Of a stretch of 64,000 nt of DNA, positions 1-8,729 are shown in pieces. The translations under genes and the position numbers were made by a program. The first letter of the stretch is position 1, and each line of letters starts with the position of its first letter. The stretch spans positions 18,678 to 82,677 of the forward strand of contig CACGOY010000004.1 of assembly GCA_902574735.1 (NCBI GenBank), written 5' to 3'. The notes beneath the pieces were generated by a model. The model was not told the DNA's origin. It did not search any database and saw only the letters and a list, made by a program, of their open reading frames with translations. This stretch comes from an uncultured Pelagibacteraceae bacterium (GTDB lineage: Bacteria > Pseudomonadota > Alphaproteobacteria > Pelagibacterales > Pelagibacteraceae).

Positions 1-96
1 TTGCAAAAACCTTTAAATTATAAGAATTTTAAAACATAAAAATTCAACTGATTTTCGAATAGTAAAAATTTTTGATAAAAAAAATATAAATTTTAT

Positions 97-1056
97 ATGA
101 AAAAAATTTTAACAATTTTTATATCAACTTTATTTGCCCTATTTTTGATTGAAGTATTTTTAATTTTTGATGATTATTCAAAAAAATTTGAAGAACCATA
201 TGAAGTAGAGGTAAATAAAATTAAATATAAATTAAATTTAAATGTAAAGGAACTAAATAATAATAGAAGGAAAATTTTTGTTGTTGGAGACAGTTTTATT
301 CAAGGTGAATTTTGTGCCTTTGATAAAAAAACTTTACCAGATGAAATACAAAAAATTAATTATAACTATACCGTATTAAATATTGGGCTTGAAGGTAAAT
401 CATTGCCTAATTATATAGATTTATTAACCACTGAAATTAAACCAAAAAAAGGAGATAAAGTAATCTTATTCTTATATGATAATGACATATTCTTATCTGA
501 AGAAATGTGTAGGCTATCAATTATTCATAATAACAAATTTGGGATCTATGAACCAAAAATGTGTAATGAGATTATAGATAATAAAATCCAAGATAAATCC
601 AAGAATAATTTTCTAAAACTCATTAATTCCAAAGTCAGAAATTTTAAAACTGTTTCTGTATTAAAGGACGCCCTAATAAATGTTTCATATTTTAAAAAGT
701 TTTTTTTCCGAACAGAATATAATAAATTTTGGATTACTTATGAAAGTGAGGAAAACAAATATATTACAGATGCTATTGTATTTATTAAAAATTTTGTAGA
801 AAAAAATAAAGCAGAATTTTATTTAACTTATTTTCCAAATATAACATTCATTTCTAAATTGAATCCAGAGGCAAAAACATGGATTGATTATTTCAAATTT
901 TTGGAGATGGAGCATAATATTAAGTCTATTAACTCTTATTCTTATTTGATAGAAAATTCTCCAAATAAAAGAATGACCAGATCTCTTTCAGACGATCATC
1001 CAAACTGTGAAGTATATAAAATACTTGCTCCTTTTTATAATAATATAATTAATTAA
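97..1056 (+). CDS. SGNH/GDSL hydrolase-family protein with N-terminal membrane anchor
   Basis: Block I VVGDSF, block III YDND, C-terminal DDHPN (DxH); hydrophobic N-terminus. Confidence 0.7.
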   Translation: MKKILTIFISTLFALFLIEVFLIFDDYSKKFEEPYEVEVNKIKYKLNLNVKELNNNRRKIFVVGDSFIQGEFCAFDKKTLPDEIQKINYNYTVLNIGLEGKSLPNYIDLLTTEIKPKKGDKVILFLYDNDIFLSEEMCRLSIIHNNKFGIYEPKMCNEIIDNKIQDKSKNNFLKLINSKVRNFKTVSVLKDALINVSYFKKFFFRTEYNKFWITYESEENKYITDAIVFIKNFVEKNKAEFYLTYFPNITFISKLNPEAKTWIDYFKFLEMEHNIKSINSYSYLIENSPNKRMTRSLSDDHPNCEVYKILAPFYNNIIN

Positions 1057-1179
1057 AATTTTGCTTCTGAAAATAAATTATTTTTCCAGTATTGCTCAAA
1101 AATTATTATTAAAAAATAATTAGTTTATTTTGCAGATATTTGGAGAAAAAAATAAAAAAAAAATGTATAGCTAATTTAT

Positions 1180-1560
1180 ATGAAACCAAAAATTGGATCA
1201 AATAAAAGCTTTGGTGTAGTATTTTTTATAGTCTTTTTTATAGTTTCTATATGGCCACTATTAAAAAGTAATGAAATAAGAATTTGGGCTTTAATATTAT
1301 CAATAATTTTTTTAACACTCGGTTTAACGAATTCAAAAGCACTAACACCGTTAAACAAACTATGGTTTAAATTTGGGATCTTTTTAGGAAATATAATCTC
1401 TCCAATAGTAATGGGAATTATTTATTTTGTTGTAGTCACACCTATTGCGTTTATTTTAAAGGTTTTTCAAAAAGATGTTTTGAATTTAAAAAAAACTAAA
1501 AACGGCTCTTATTGGAAAAATAAGGAAAAATACAATAGTAGTATGAGAAATCAGTTTTAA
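1180..1560 (+). CDS. SxtJ-family membrane protein
   Basis: 126 aa; NKSFG...PLNKLWFKFG..LG.I.SPIVMG.IYF.VVTP...QF pattern typical of SxtJ homologues; upstream of a carbamoyltransferase. Confidence 0.8.
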   Translation: MKPKIGSNKSFGVVFFIVFFIVSIWPLLKSNEIRIWALILSIIFLTLGLTNSKALTPLNKLWFKFGIFLGNIISPIVMGIIYFVVVTPIAFILKVFQKDVLNLKKTKNGSYWKNKEKYNSSMRNQF

Positions 1561-1563
1561 TTT

Positions 1564-1713
1564 ATGGATTTTTTAAAAGAATTTTGGGAGTTTCTAAAAG
1601 TAAGAAAAAAATATTGGCTTTTACCAATTTTGATAGTTTTAGTAATATTTGGTGGATTAATAATTTTAGCACAAGGTTCAGCAGTCGCGCCTTTTATTTA
1701 TACAATATTTTAG
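1564..1713 (+). CDS. DUF5989/SxtK-like small membrane protein (49 aa, not in ORF track)
   Basis: Manual translation: MDFLKEFWEFLKVRKKYWLLPILIVLVIFGGLIILAQGSAVAPFIYTIF*; RKKYWLLP and APFIYTIF motifs; TAG overlaps next GTG. Confidence 0.85.
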   Translation: MDFLKEFWEFLKVRKKYWLLPILIVLVIFGGLIILAQGSAVAPFIYTIF

Positions 1714-3551
1714 TGAGTAAAATATTAGGCATCTCAGCTTTTTACCATGATAGTGCAGCATCAATTTTAATTAACGGAAAAATTATTGCTGCAGCTCAAG
1801 AAGAAAGATTTACAAGAAAAAAACATGATTCAAGCTATCCATTCAATGCAGTTGAATTTGTATTAAAGTTTTCAAAATTAACTTTAAAAGATATTGATTA
1901 CATAGTTTTCTACGAAAAACCTTTTTTAAAATTTGAGAGACTGCTGGAAACATATCTAGCTTTTGCTCCAAAAGGTTTTCAATCTTTCTCAAAAGCAATG
2001 CCTGTTTGGTTAAGGGATAAATTATTCCAAAAAAAAATGTTAATGGATGAATTAAAGAGACATGATAAAAATTTTAAAGAAAGAGAAAAACTAAGATTTT
2101 CAGAACATCATTTAAGTCACGCAGCAAGTGCGTTTTACCCATCACCATTTAAAGATGCAATTATACTTACCGCAGATGGTGTAGGAGAGTGGGCAACAAC
2201 AACTGTTGCAATCGGCAATGAAAATAAATTAGAAATTAAAAAAGAAATACATTTTCCTCATTCATTAGGTCTATTGTATTCTGCATTTACATATTACACA
2301 GGATTTAAAGTTAATAGTGGTGAATATAAACTTATGGGTTTAGCTCCATATGGAAAACCTATTTATAAAGATAAAATTTATAATCATTTAATAGAAGTGA
2401 AGGATGATGGTAGTTTTCATCTTGAACAAAAATATTTTAATTACGCAACAGGCCTTACAATGATTAATAAACAATTTTGTAATTTATTTGGAAGAAAAGA
2501 AAGAATTCCTGATAAAGATAAATTAGAGCAATTTCACATGGATATTGCTGCTTCTATTCAAGAAGTAACTGAAGAAATAATGATAAAGTTAGTAAAATCA
2601 TTAAAAGAGGAGTACAAAGTTAACAATCTCTGTTTAGCAGGAGGAGTTGCCCTAAACTGTGTAGCAAATGGTAAAATATTGAAAGAAAATTTATTTGATA
2701 ATATATGGATACAACCAGCTGCAGGAGATGCAGGTGGATCTTTAGGGGCTGCTCTTTCATTGTGGCATATAGAACTTAATAAAAATAGAGAAATAAATAA
2801 ATTTGATAGTATGAAAGGTTCTTATCTGGGACCAGAGTATAGCCAGACTGAAATAGAGAATGAACTTACAAAACTTGGAGCTTATTTTGAAGTTTTAGAT
2901 GAAAATAAAATTATTGATATAACATCTGACAAATTAAATGATGGAAATGCAATTGGATGGTTTCAAGGACGAATGGAATTTGGACCTAGAGCTTTAGGAG
3001 CTAGATCAATCTTAGGAGATCCTACTTCAGATAAGATGCAAAAAATTTTAAATTTAAAAGTAAAATATAGAGAAAGTTTTAGACCATTTGCACCCTCAGT
3101 TTTAAGAGAAAAAGTGGGTGAGTGGTTTGAGTTACATGAAAATTCCCCATACATGTTACTTGTATCAAAAGTAAAAGAGGAAAAAATACTTAAGATGTCG
3201 AAAAAAGAGGAAGAATTATTTGGAATTGAAAAATTAAATATAAAGAGATCAGAAATCCCTGCAGTTACTCATGTAGATTATACCGCTAGAATTCAAACTG
3301 TTCATAAAGAAACAAACAAAAAATTTTATGATCTTATAAATAGTTTTTACCAAAAGAAGAATTGTCCTGTTTTAATAAACACTTCATTTAATGTTAGAGG
3401 TGAGCCTATAGTGAATACTCCTTCAGATGCTTTTAATTGTTTTATGGGAACAGAATTAGATAATCTAGTAATTGGGAATTGTTTTTTAGAAAAAGAAAAT
3501 CAACCAGAGAACTTAAAAATAAATTATAAAGATAAATTTGAATTAGATTAA
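1713..3551 (+). CDS. NodU/CmcH (SxtI-like) O-carbamoyltransferase
   Basis: ILGISAFYHDSAA, EHHLSHAASAFY, DGVGE, GRMEFGPRALGARSIL, NTSFNVRGEPIV. True start is probably GTG 1713 (TAGTG coupling), not the track's TTG 1584. Confidence 0.9.
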   Translation: MSKILGISAFYHDSAASILINGKIIAAAQEERFTRKKHDSSYPFNAVEFVLKFSKLTLKDIDYIVFYEKPFLKFERLLETYLAFAPKGFQSFSKAMPVWLRDKLFQKKMLMDELKRHDKNFKEREKLRFSEHHLSHAASAFYPSPFKDAIILTADGVGEWATTTVAIGNENKLEIKKEIHFPHSLGLLYSAFTYYTGFKVNSGEYKLMGLAPYGKPIYKDKIYNHLIEVKDDGSFHLEQKYFNYATGLTMINKQFCNLFGRKERIPDKDKLEQFHMDIAASIQEVTEEIMIKLVKSLKEEYKVNNLCLAGGVALNCVANGKILKENLFDNIWIQPAAGDAGGSLGAALSLWHIELNKNREINKFDSMKGSYLGPEYSQTEIENELTKLGAYFEVLDENKIIDITSDKLNDGNAIGWFQGRMEFGPRALGARSILGDPTSDKMQKILNLKVKYRESFRPFAPSVLREKVGEWFELHENSPYMLLVSKVKEEKILKMSKKEEELFGIEKLNIKRSEIPAVTHVDYTARIQTVHKETNKKFYDLINSFYQKKNCPVLINTSFNVRGEPIVNTPSDAFNCFMGTELDNLVIGNCFLEKENQPENLKINYKDKFELD

Positions 3552-4586
3552 TTATTTGACAAAAGTATCGTTAAATTGCTTAGTAACTCTTACAAATGTT
3601 GTACATTTACTAAGTTGTTTTAATGAAGGTGCTCCAACATAAGTACAACTACTTCTCACTCCACCAAGAATATTTTTTATTGTATCACTTATTTTTCCTC
3701 TGTATTTTACTCTAACAGTTCTTCCTTCACTGCTTCTATAATCTGATAATCCACCGTAGTGTTTTTTGTTTGCTGTTTCAGAACTTGATCCATAAAACTC
3801 TATATATTTTGATCCATTAGATTTAACTAATTTACCTTTTCCTTCATCATGACCTGCGAGCATACCGCCTAACATTACAAAGTCTGCTCCTCCTCCAAAT
3901 CCTTTTGCGACATCACCTGGACAAGTGCATCCACCATCAGCAATTATATGTGCACCTAAACCATGCGCAGCATCAGCACATTCAATTACCGCACTTAGTT
4001 GTGGATAACCCACTCCAGTTTGTAATCTTGTGGTGCAAACAGAACCAGGTCCAATTCCAACTTTAACTATATCGGCACCAGATAGAATTAATTCTTGAGT
4101 CATATCAGCTGTCACAACATTTCCAGCTATTATAGTTTTTGTAGGATATTTATCTCTTACTGATTTTAAAAATTTAGAAAAGTGTTCTGAATATCCATTT
4201 GCAACATCAATACAAATAAATTTTATAAAACTATATTCTTTTAAAATTTTATCTAAATTATCAAAATCATCTTTTTTAATACCAATTGAAAGTGCAATAT
4301 TTGGATGAATTGATTTAATTTTTTTGAAAGCTTTTATCTTTTTAATATCGTGCTGTTTTGTAAGGCAAGTTATCATTTGAAATTCTGATAATTTTTCGGC
4401 TATTCCTAATTCACCAACTCCATCCATATTAGCAGCCATTATAGGAATTCCTGACCATTCATTGTTTGAGTATTTAAATCTGTAAGTTCTTTTAAGATTT
4501 ACGTCTTTACGACTTTGAAGGGTACTTCTTTTAGGCCTAAATAGCACATCTGAGTAATCTAACTTTAGTTCTTCCTCTATTCTCAC
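3552..4586 (-). CDS. guaC: GMP reductase
   Basis: KLDYSDVLFRPKRSTL, DVANGYSEHF, GIGPGSVCTTR, GVGYPQLSA; likely GTG start at 4586 (track extends to 4604). Confidence 0.95.
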   Translation of the reverse strand: MRIEEELKLDYSDVLFRPKRSTLQSRKDVNLKRTYRFKYSNNEWSGIPIMAANMDGVGELGIAEKLSEFQMITCLTKQHDIKKIKAFKKIKSIHPNIALSIGIKKDDFDNLDKILKEYSFIKFICIDVANGYSEHFSKFLKSVRDKYPTKTIIAGNVVTADMTQELILSGADIVKVGIGPGSVCTTRLQTGVGYPQLSAVIECADAAHGLGAHIIADGGCTCPGDVAKGFGGGADFVMLGGMLAGHDEGKGKLVKSNGSKYIEFYGSSSETANKKHYGGLSDYRSSEGRTVRVKYRGKISDTIKNILGGVRSSCTYVGAPSLKQLSKCTTFVRVTKQFNDTFVK

Positions 4587-4634
4587 AAGGGCAAAGATAT
4601 ACATTCATTTTTAAGGAATTCAATTTAATATTAG

Positions 4635-6065
4635 ATGCAATATATGAGATATTTTTTAATTATTTTTTTAATTGTTATTCCTATCAAAGGACAAACTAAG
4701 GACTTTTTCTCAGATATTACAAATCAAATTCAAGACAATGAATTTAGGCTTAGTTACGGTGTATCAGTTACAGATGTAAATAAAGATAACAAATTTGATT
4801 TTGTTGTTACTGGCTTTGGTTTTAAAAACTTAGCTCTGTCTTATAAAAATGGAAAATTAGTAAATATAATTGATGAGGAAATTTTTACAGACTCTAGTAG
4901 ACGAACAATAGGTGTTGCAGCGTGTGATATAGATAAAGATGGTTATGAAGAAATTTATTTTTTAAATACAGATACTTATAGTGGAGATAAAATTTACTCT
5001 GACAGACTTTTAGATCTAGATAAAGATAAGTTTATAGATTTATTTGAAATAGAAAAAAATAAAACTGATTTAAATTTAACTGCGGGAAGATCAGTTGTTT
5101 GTGTTGATAGAAAAGGAAATGGTCAATACGGAATATATGTTGCAAATTATGGAGGTCCTACAAGATTTTATGAAACTGCTAATAACAAAATAAATGACCA
5201 GGCAGTAAAGCTAGGAATTAATAAAATTACAGGCGGTAGAGCAATAGTATCTGGACATATATTGTCGGATCAATCAGATATTTTTGCAGCTAACGAGAGG
5301 GGTGATAATTTTTTATATTATAATGTTGATGGATCATTCACTGATGTAGCAAGAGATTACCAGGTAGCAGATAGATATGAAAATGGAAGAGGAACTGCTT
5401 TAAGTGATATTCTTTATAGAGGAAGGCTAGATATTTTGACATCTAATTGGGATGGAAATCATAGAGCTTATATTCTTGATGGTGATAAGTTTAAAGATAT
5501 CGCTCAAACTCCTTATAACGATCCAACAAAAATAAGAACAGTAATATCAGCAGACTTTGATAATGATGGTTATGATGAGATATTCATGAACAATATTGGA
5601 GAACCAAATAAATTATTTAAGATTTTAGAGAATGGTAAATTTAAAGAAATTAAAATTAAAAATGGTTTAGAAACTTTTGGATTGGGAACCGGTGCAGCTG
5701 TCGCAGATATTGATGGAGATGGAATTTTAGAATTATTAGTATCTCATGGTGAAACAGGATTGCAGCCACTTACATTGTATAAAGCTGACATTAATGAATT
5801 TAATTATTTAAGAATTAAACCTTTGAATAAGTACGGAGCACCTGCGAGAGGGTCAACAGTTACATTAAAAAGTAATAAAAGAACTCATTCTAAAACTATT
5901 GATGCTGGATCTGGCTATTTATGTCAGATGGAACCAGTAGCTCATTATGGTATTAGAAAGAATGAAAATGACATTAAAGTTGAGATTAAATGGACTAACG
6001 GATCAATAACAAGTCTAAATATTAAAGATTTGAATAAAACTTATGAAGTTAAACAAAATAAGTAG
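4635..6065 (+). CDS. CRTAC1-family secreted protein (FG-GAP/VCBS repeats + ASPIC/UnbV domain)
   Basis: Signal peptide; repeated D-x-D/N-x-D-G motifs (DIDKDGYEE, DFDNDGYDE, DIDGDGILE); IDAGSGYLCQMEPVAHYG. Confidence 0.85.
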   Translation: MQYMRYFLIIFLIVIPIKGQTKDFFSDITNQIQDNEFRLSYGVSVTDVNKDNKFDFVVTGFGFKNLALSYKNGKLVNIIDEEIFTDSSRRTIGVAACDIDKDGYEEIYFLNTDTYSGDKIYSDRLLDLDKDKFIDLFEIEKNKTDLNLTAGRSVVCVDRKGNGQYGIYVANYGGPTRFYETANNKINDQAVKLGINKITGGRAIVSGHILSDQSDIFAANERGDNFLYYNVDGSFTDVARDYQVADRYENGRGTALSDILYRGRLDILTSNWDGNHRAYILDGDKFKDIAQTPYNDPTKIRTVISADFDNDGYDEIFMNNIGEPNKLFKILENGKFKEIKIKNGLETFGLGTGAAVADIDGDGILELLVSHGETGLQPLTLYKADINEFNYLRIKPLNKYGAPARGSTVTLKSNKRTHSKTIDAGSGYLCQMEPVAHYGIRKNENDIKVEIKWTNGSITSLNIKDLNKTYEVKQNK

Positions 6066-6114
6066 GACAATAGTATCCATCTATAATTGTTGAATAATAA
6101 TAATACGATTTTAT

Positions 6115-6267
6115 ATGAATGTCATGACTATGTGTTCAATTGCATTAATTTTTGGATTGTTAGCAGGATTATTGATTTTTGCTTTTAGGAAACCCTCTAA
6201 ACAAGAAATTTCAAAATATAAAAGCAAAAAACAAGATCAAATAAATTGGTCTAACATGGGTTTCTGA
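6115..6267 (+). CDS. Putative 50-aa single-pass membrane protein (not in ORF track)
   Basis: MNVMTMCSIALIFGLLAGLLIFAFRKPSKQEISKYKSKKQDQINWSNMGF*; TM helix then basic tail; fills the gap between two + strand genes. Confidence 0.55.
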   Translation: MNVMTMCSIALIFGLLAGLLIFAFRKPSKQEISKYKSKKQDQINWSNMGF

Positions 6268-6279
6268 GAACAAATTTAA

Positions 6280-6978
6280 ATGAAAATAAAAAATAATTTA
6301 AAACTTTTTTGTATTTTTATTTTAACATTATTTTCATTTAGCACTCTGAATTCTGCAGAAAAAAACTACTATCAAGATATAGTTAATGATTGGAATAAAA
6401 TTTTTCCTGATAAAAATAGAAATGCTGCTGGACCAAAGTTTTTTAAACATATTTTAGATAAAGAGATTACTTACAAAGATTTTGTAGAATATAACAAGTT
6501 ATATTGCGCAGTATCAGGTTCATTAATCAGCCCGAACTCGACACCTGAATTTGTATATTTAAAAGAAAATATTACTGAAAAAAAAATATGTGGTGAATAC
6601 TATAGATGCTGTATTCCATGTAGCTGTGATTTGATGAAATACTCAAAAACTCAGAAAATGAAATATAAATTTACAGATATTGAAAAAGAATTTTATGTAT
6701 TAACAATTGATAATCCGTGTGGAAAGAAAGATTTTCCAATTAAAGTAAATAAGAATTATTTTTGTAATGGTGATAAGCTTGATAAGTCACAAGTAAGTGT
6801 GTTGGACAATAAATTAGTAATTGGTTACTTACATGAAAGCAGGCCGTGCTTATCTACCGATTTAGATTATATTAATACCCACCAAGTAACTGGTAAGTTT
6901 TGTGAGTTCAGAAATAACACTCCATTGGATCAATTAAAATCAGGAATGGGTGATATCTTCATAAAACTTGCAAGATAA
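6280..6978 (+). CDS. Secreted cysteine-rich hypothetical protein
   Basis: Signal peptide; 10 Cys in mature part including RCCIPCSC. Confidence 0.7.
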   Translation: MKIKNNLKLFCIFILTLFSFSTLNSAEKNYYQDIVNDWNKIFPDKNRNAAGPKFFKHILDKEITYKDFVEYNKLYCAVSGSLISPNSTPEFVYLKENITEKKICGEYYRCCIPCSCDLMKYSKTQKMKYKFTDIEKEFYVLTIDNPCGKKDFPIKVNKNYFCNGDKLDKSQVSVLDNKLVIGYLHESRPCLSTDLDYINTHQVTGKFCEFRNNTPLDQLKSGMGDIFIKLAR

Positions 6979-7010
6979 TTTTTTAATTTGTATAAGAATA
7001 TTCAATTAAT

Positions 7011-7087
7011 GGCGGGGTAGCTCAGTTGGTTAGAGCGCGGGACTCATAAGCCCGAGGTCAGTGGTTCGATCCCACTTCCCGCTACCA
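7011..7087 (+). tRNA. tRNA-Met (CAT), elongator type
   Basis: Cloverleaf GGCGGGG...TCCCGCT-A-CCA; anticodon loop CT-CAT-AA; T-loop GGTTCGATCC; paired 1:72 argues against fMet. Confidence 0.9.
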
Positions 7088-7089
7088 TT
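7041..7089 (+). repeat. Direct repeat copy 1 (tRNA-Met 3' half; attL-like)
   Basis: gactcataagcccgaggtcagtggttcgatcccacttcccgctaccatt; 48/49 identical to 8681-8729. Confidence 0.95.
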
Positions 7090-7128
7090 CTAGAAGCAAT
7101 AGTCTGTTTTGCGTCTCTGAGGCGTCAA

Positions 7129-8169
7129 TTAAAAATTGATATAGACTTGAAAAGCTATCCCACACAAAATAGCTCCACCAAAACCAAAAAAAAGATAAGC
7201 AATAAATGTTGAACGATTAACTAAAGACCAAACTGCTGTCATTGCAGGAACAGAACTGATTGCGCCACCAACCAAAAATGCCATTGCACCTCCGGCACTC
7301 AAACCTTGCTCAATTAGTCCAGATACAATTGCAGGCGCCGCATAAGAATTTAAGTAGGCTGGCACACCAGCAAAAGCACCAATTATAATAGAAGATAATC
7401 CATCACCAGATAAAAAATTTCCTATAACTTGTGCTGACATGAATTGAACCATTAATGCCTCAATTAGATAAGCAAGAGATAGCCATTTTAACAAAAATAA
7501 TCCATTTGTTATGAACTCTTTTTTAAAAGTATCTATTCTCTCAGTTTTAATCCAAAACTTTAATACTATCTCTTGGTCAAAAGGATCTTTAGTATCACAA
7601 CAAGATCCGCAACCAGATTTAGTCTGTTGCTTTAATGGACTAGCAAACATTCCAAATTTTGATAAAAAATAAATTCCAAAACCACCTATTAATCCAATTG
7701 CTAAAGCAGATATAGTTTTTGCAATTGCATAATCCCAATTTAATGCACTTGCGGTGATTAATAACGCTGGAGGATCAATTAAAGGAGATGACAACCAAAA
7801 AGCCATCACAGCTGAGAGTGGCACTCCTAAAGCTAACATACTTGCAATAAATGGAATAACTTCACATGAACAAAAAGGAGCTAGTCCACCAATAAGAGTT
7901 GCAATAAAAATAGTTTTAACTTCTTTACCTTTAAAAGCTTTTGAAACTAAACTTTCGGCACCACTTGCTTTTAAGTAAGCAACTAAGCTAACAGCAAATA
8001 GAATAAAAGGGATAGTTCCCATTAAAGCTTTTAGAGCAAAAGTAATAATCGAACTAAATTCCTTAGGTATGAAGATAAACACTAGTAATGGTATCAACAA
8101 AACTAAAGTCCAAACTGATTTAAAACTAAATTTTTCTATGTTGATATTTTTTAAAATTAAAGTTTTCAT
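7129..8169 (-). CDS. ArsP/DUF318-family permease (putative arsenical efflux)
   Basis: PFCSCEVIP motif, AFWLSSPLIDP, Cys-rich loop GCGSCCD; coupled to an ArsR gene. Confidence 0.8.
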   Translation of the reverse strand: MKTLILKNINIEKFSFKSVWTLVLLIPLLVFIFIPKEFSSIITFALKALMGTIPFILFAVSLVAYLKASGAESLVSKAFKGKEVKTIFIATLIGGLAPFCSCEVIPFIASMLALGVPLSAVMAFWLSSPLIDPPALLITASALNWDYAIAKTISALAIGLIGGFGIYFLSKFGMFASPLKQQTKSGCGSCCDTKDPFDQEIVLKFWIKTERIDTFKKEFITNGLFLLKWLSLAYLIEALMVQFMSAQVIGNFLSGDGLSSIIIGAFAGVPAYLNSYAAPAIVSGLIEQGLSAGGAMAFLVGGAISSVPAMTAVWSLVNRSTFIAYLFFGFGGAILCGIAFQVYINF

Positions 8170-8471
8170 TATTTTATTTTTTTCTCATTTACACAGCATT
8201 CTTTTAAAAGATAATTGGCCAATTGCTGTATATGTTTAAACTCTGCAAAATTTAAAATAGATCTACCTTTTTGTTCTTGATTAATAAGATTTGCTTTTTT
8301 TAGATGATCTAGGTGATAAGCTAAAGTTGAAAGGGGAATTTTAACTAATTTTTGGATTTCTCCAATTGTTAATCCTTTTGATCCAACTTTAACAAGTTCT
8401 GTTAGAACAACCAACCTAGATTTTGAACCAACGGCGTTAAATCCTTTTGCAGCTGTTATATTATTTATCAT
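8169..8471 (-). CDS. arsR: ArsR/SmtB transcriptional repressor
   Basis: SRL...GLTIGEIQ..IPLSTLAYHL HTH; C-terminal ECC vicinal cysteines typical of As(III)-sensing ArsR. Confidence 0.85.
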   Translation of the reverse strand: MINNITAAKGFNAVGSKSRLVVLTELVKVGSKGLTIGEIQKLVKIPLSTLAYHLDHLKKANLINQEQKGRSILNFAEFKHIQQLANYLLKECCVNEKKIK

Positions 8472-8473
8472 AG

Positions 8474-8510
8474 CTAAATAACTATATAACTAGTTATTTA
8501 GTTTAATCAA
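8474..8510 (-). promoter_or_regulatory. ArsR operator inverted repeat overlapping a sigma70-type promoter
   Basis: ctaaataacta-N6-tagttatttag perfect 11-bp IR (8474-8501); minus strand TTGATT (8510-8505), 18 bp, TATAGT (8486-8481). Confidence 0.7.
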
Positions 8511-8680
8511 CTTTTTTTTATTTTTTTAAATCAATTAAGTACTTTTATTGCTCCATATACGCGTCAATGAGATTGGTTCTTGACTAAGATTCTTTAATTT
8601 GATTCAATATTTATAGAAAGGAAAGAGAGCATTTACATGAGTAATTGTTCTAGAGTGAGTGAGCAGGGTTCATGGCGGTA

Positions 8681-8729
8681 GACTCAAAAGCCCGAGGTCA
8701 GTGGTTCGATCCCACTTCCCGCTACCATT
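8681..8729 (+). repeat. Direct repeat copy 2 (tRNA-Met 3' fragment; attR-like)
   Basis: Same as 7041-7089 except T>A in the anticodon (CAT>CAA); lacks the tRNA 5' half. Confidence 0.95.

Larger units (their letters stand above)
7090..8680. mobile_element. tRNA-Met-integrated mini genomic island (arsR + permease), no integrase
   Basis: Flanked by the 49-bp direct repeat of the tRNA 3' end, copies 1640 bp apart. Confidence 0.8.

Noticed and set aside
1-39. Possible 3' end of an upstream gene (LQKPLNYKNFKT*)
   Set aside because: Too short to support
1584-1712. 43-aa N-terminal extension of the carbamoyltransferase in the ORF track
   Set aside because: It overlaps the SxtK-like ORF in another frame; the family N-terminus begins at GTG 1713
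1180-3551. Saxitoxin biosynthesis
   Set aside because: No sxtA/sxtG or other core genes in the window; IJK-like modules are widespread
8681-8727. Second tRNA (Leu-CAA)
   Set aside because: No 5' acceptor strand or D-arm; it is an att-type fragment of tRNA-Met
7041-8729. CRISPR array
   Set aside because: Only two repeat copies 1.6 kb apart, tRNA-derived; no cas genes
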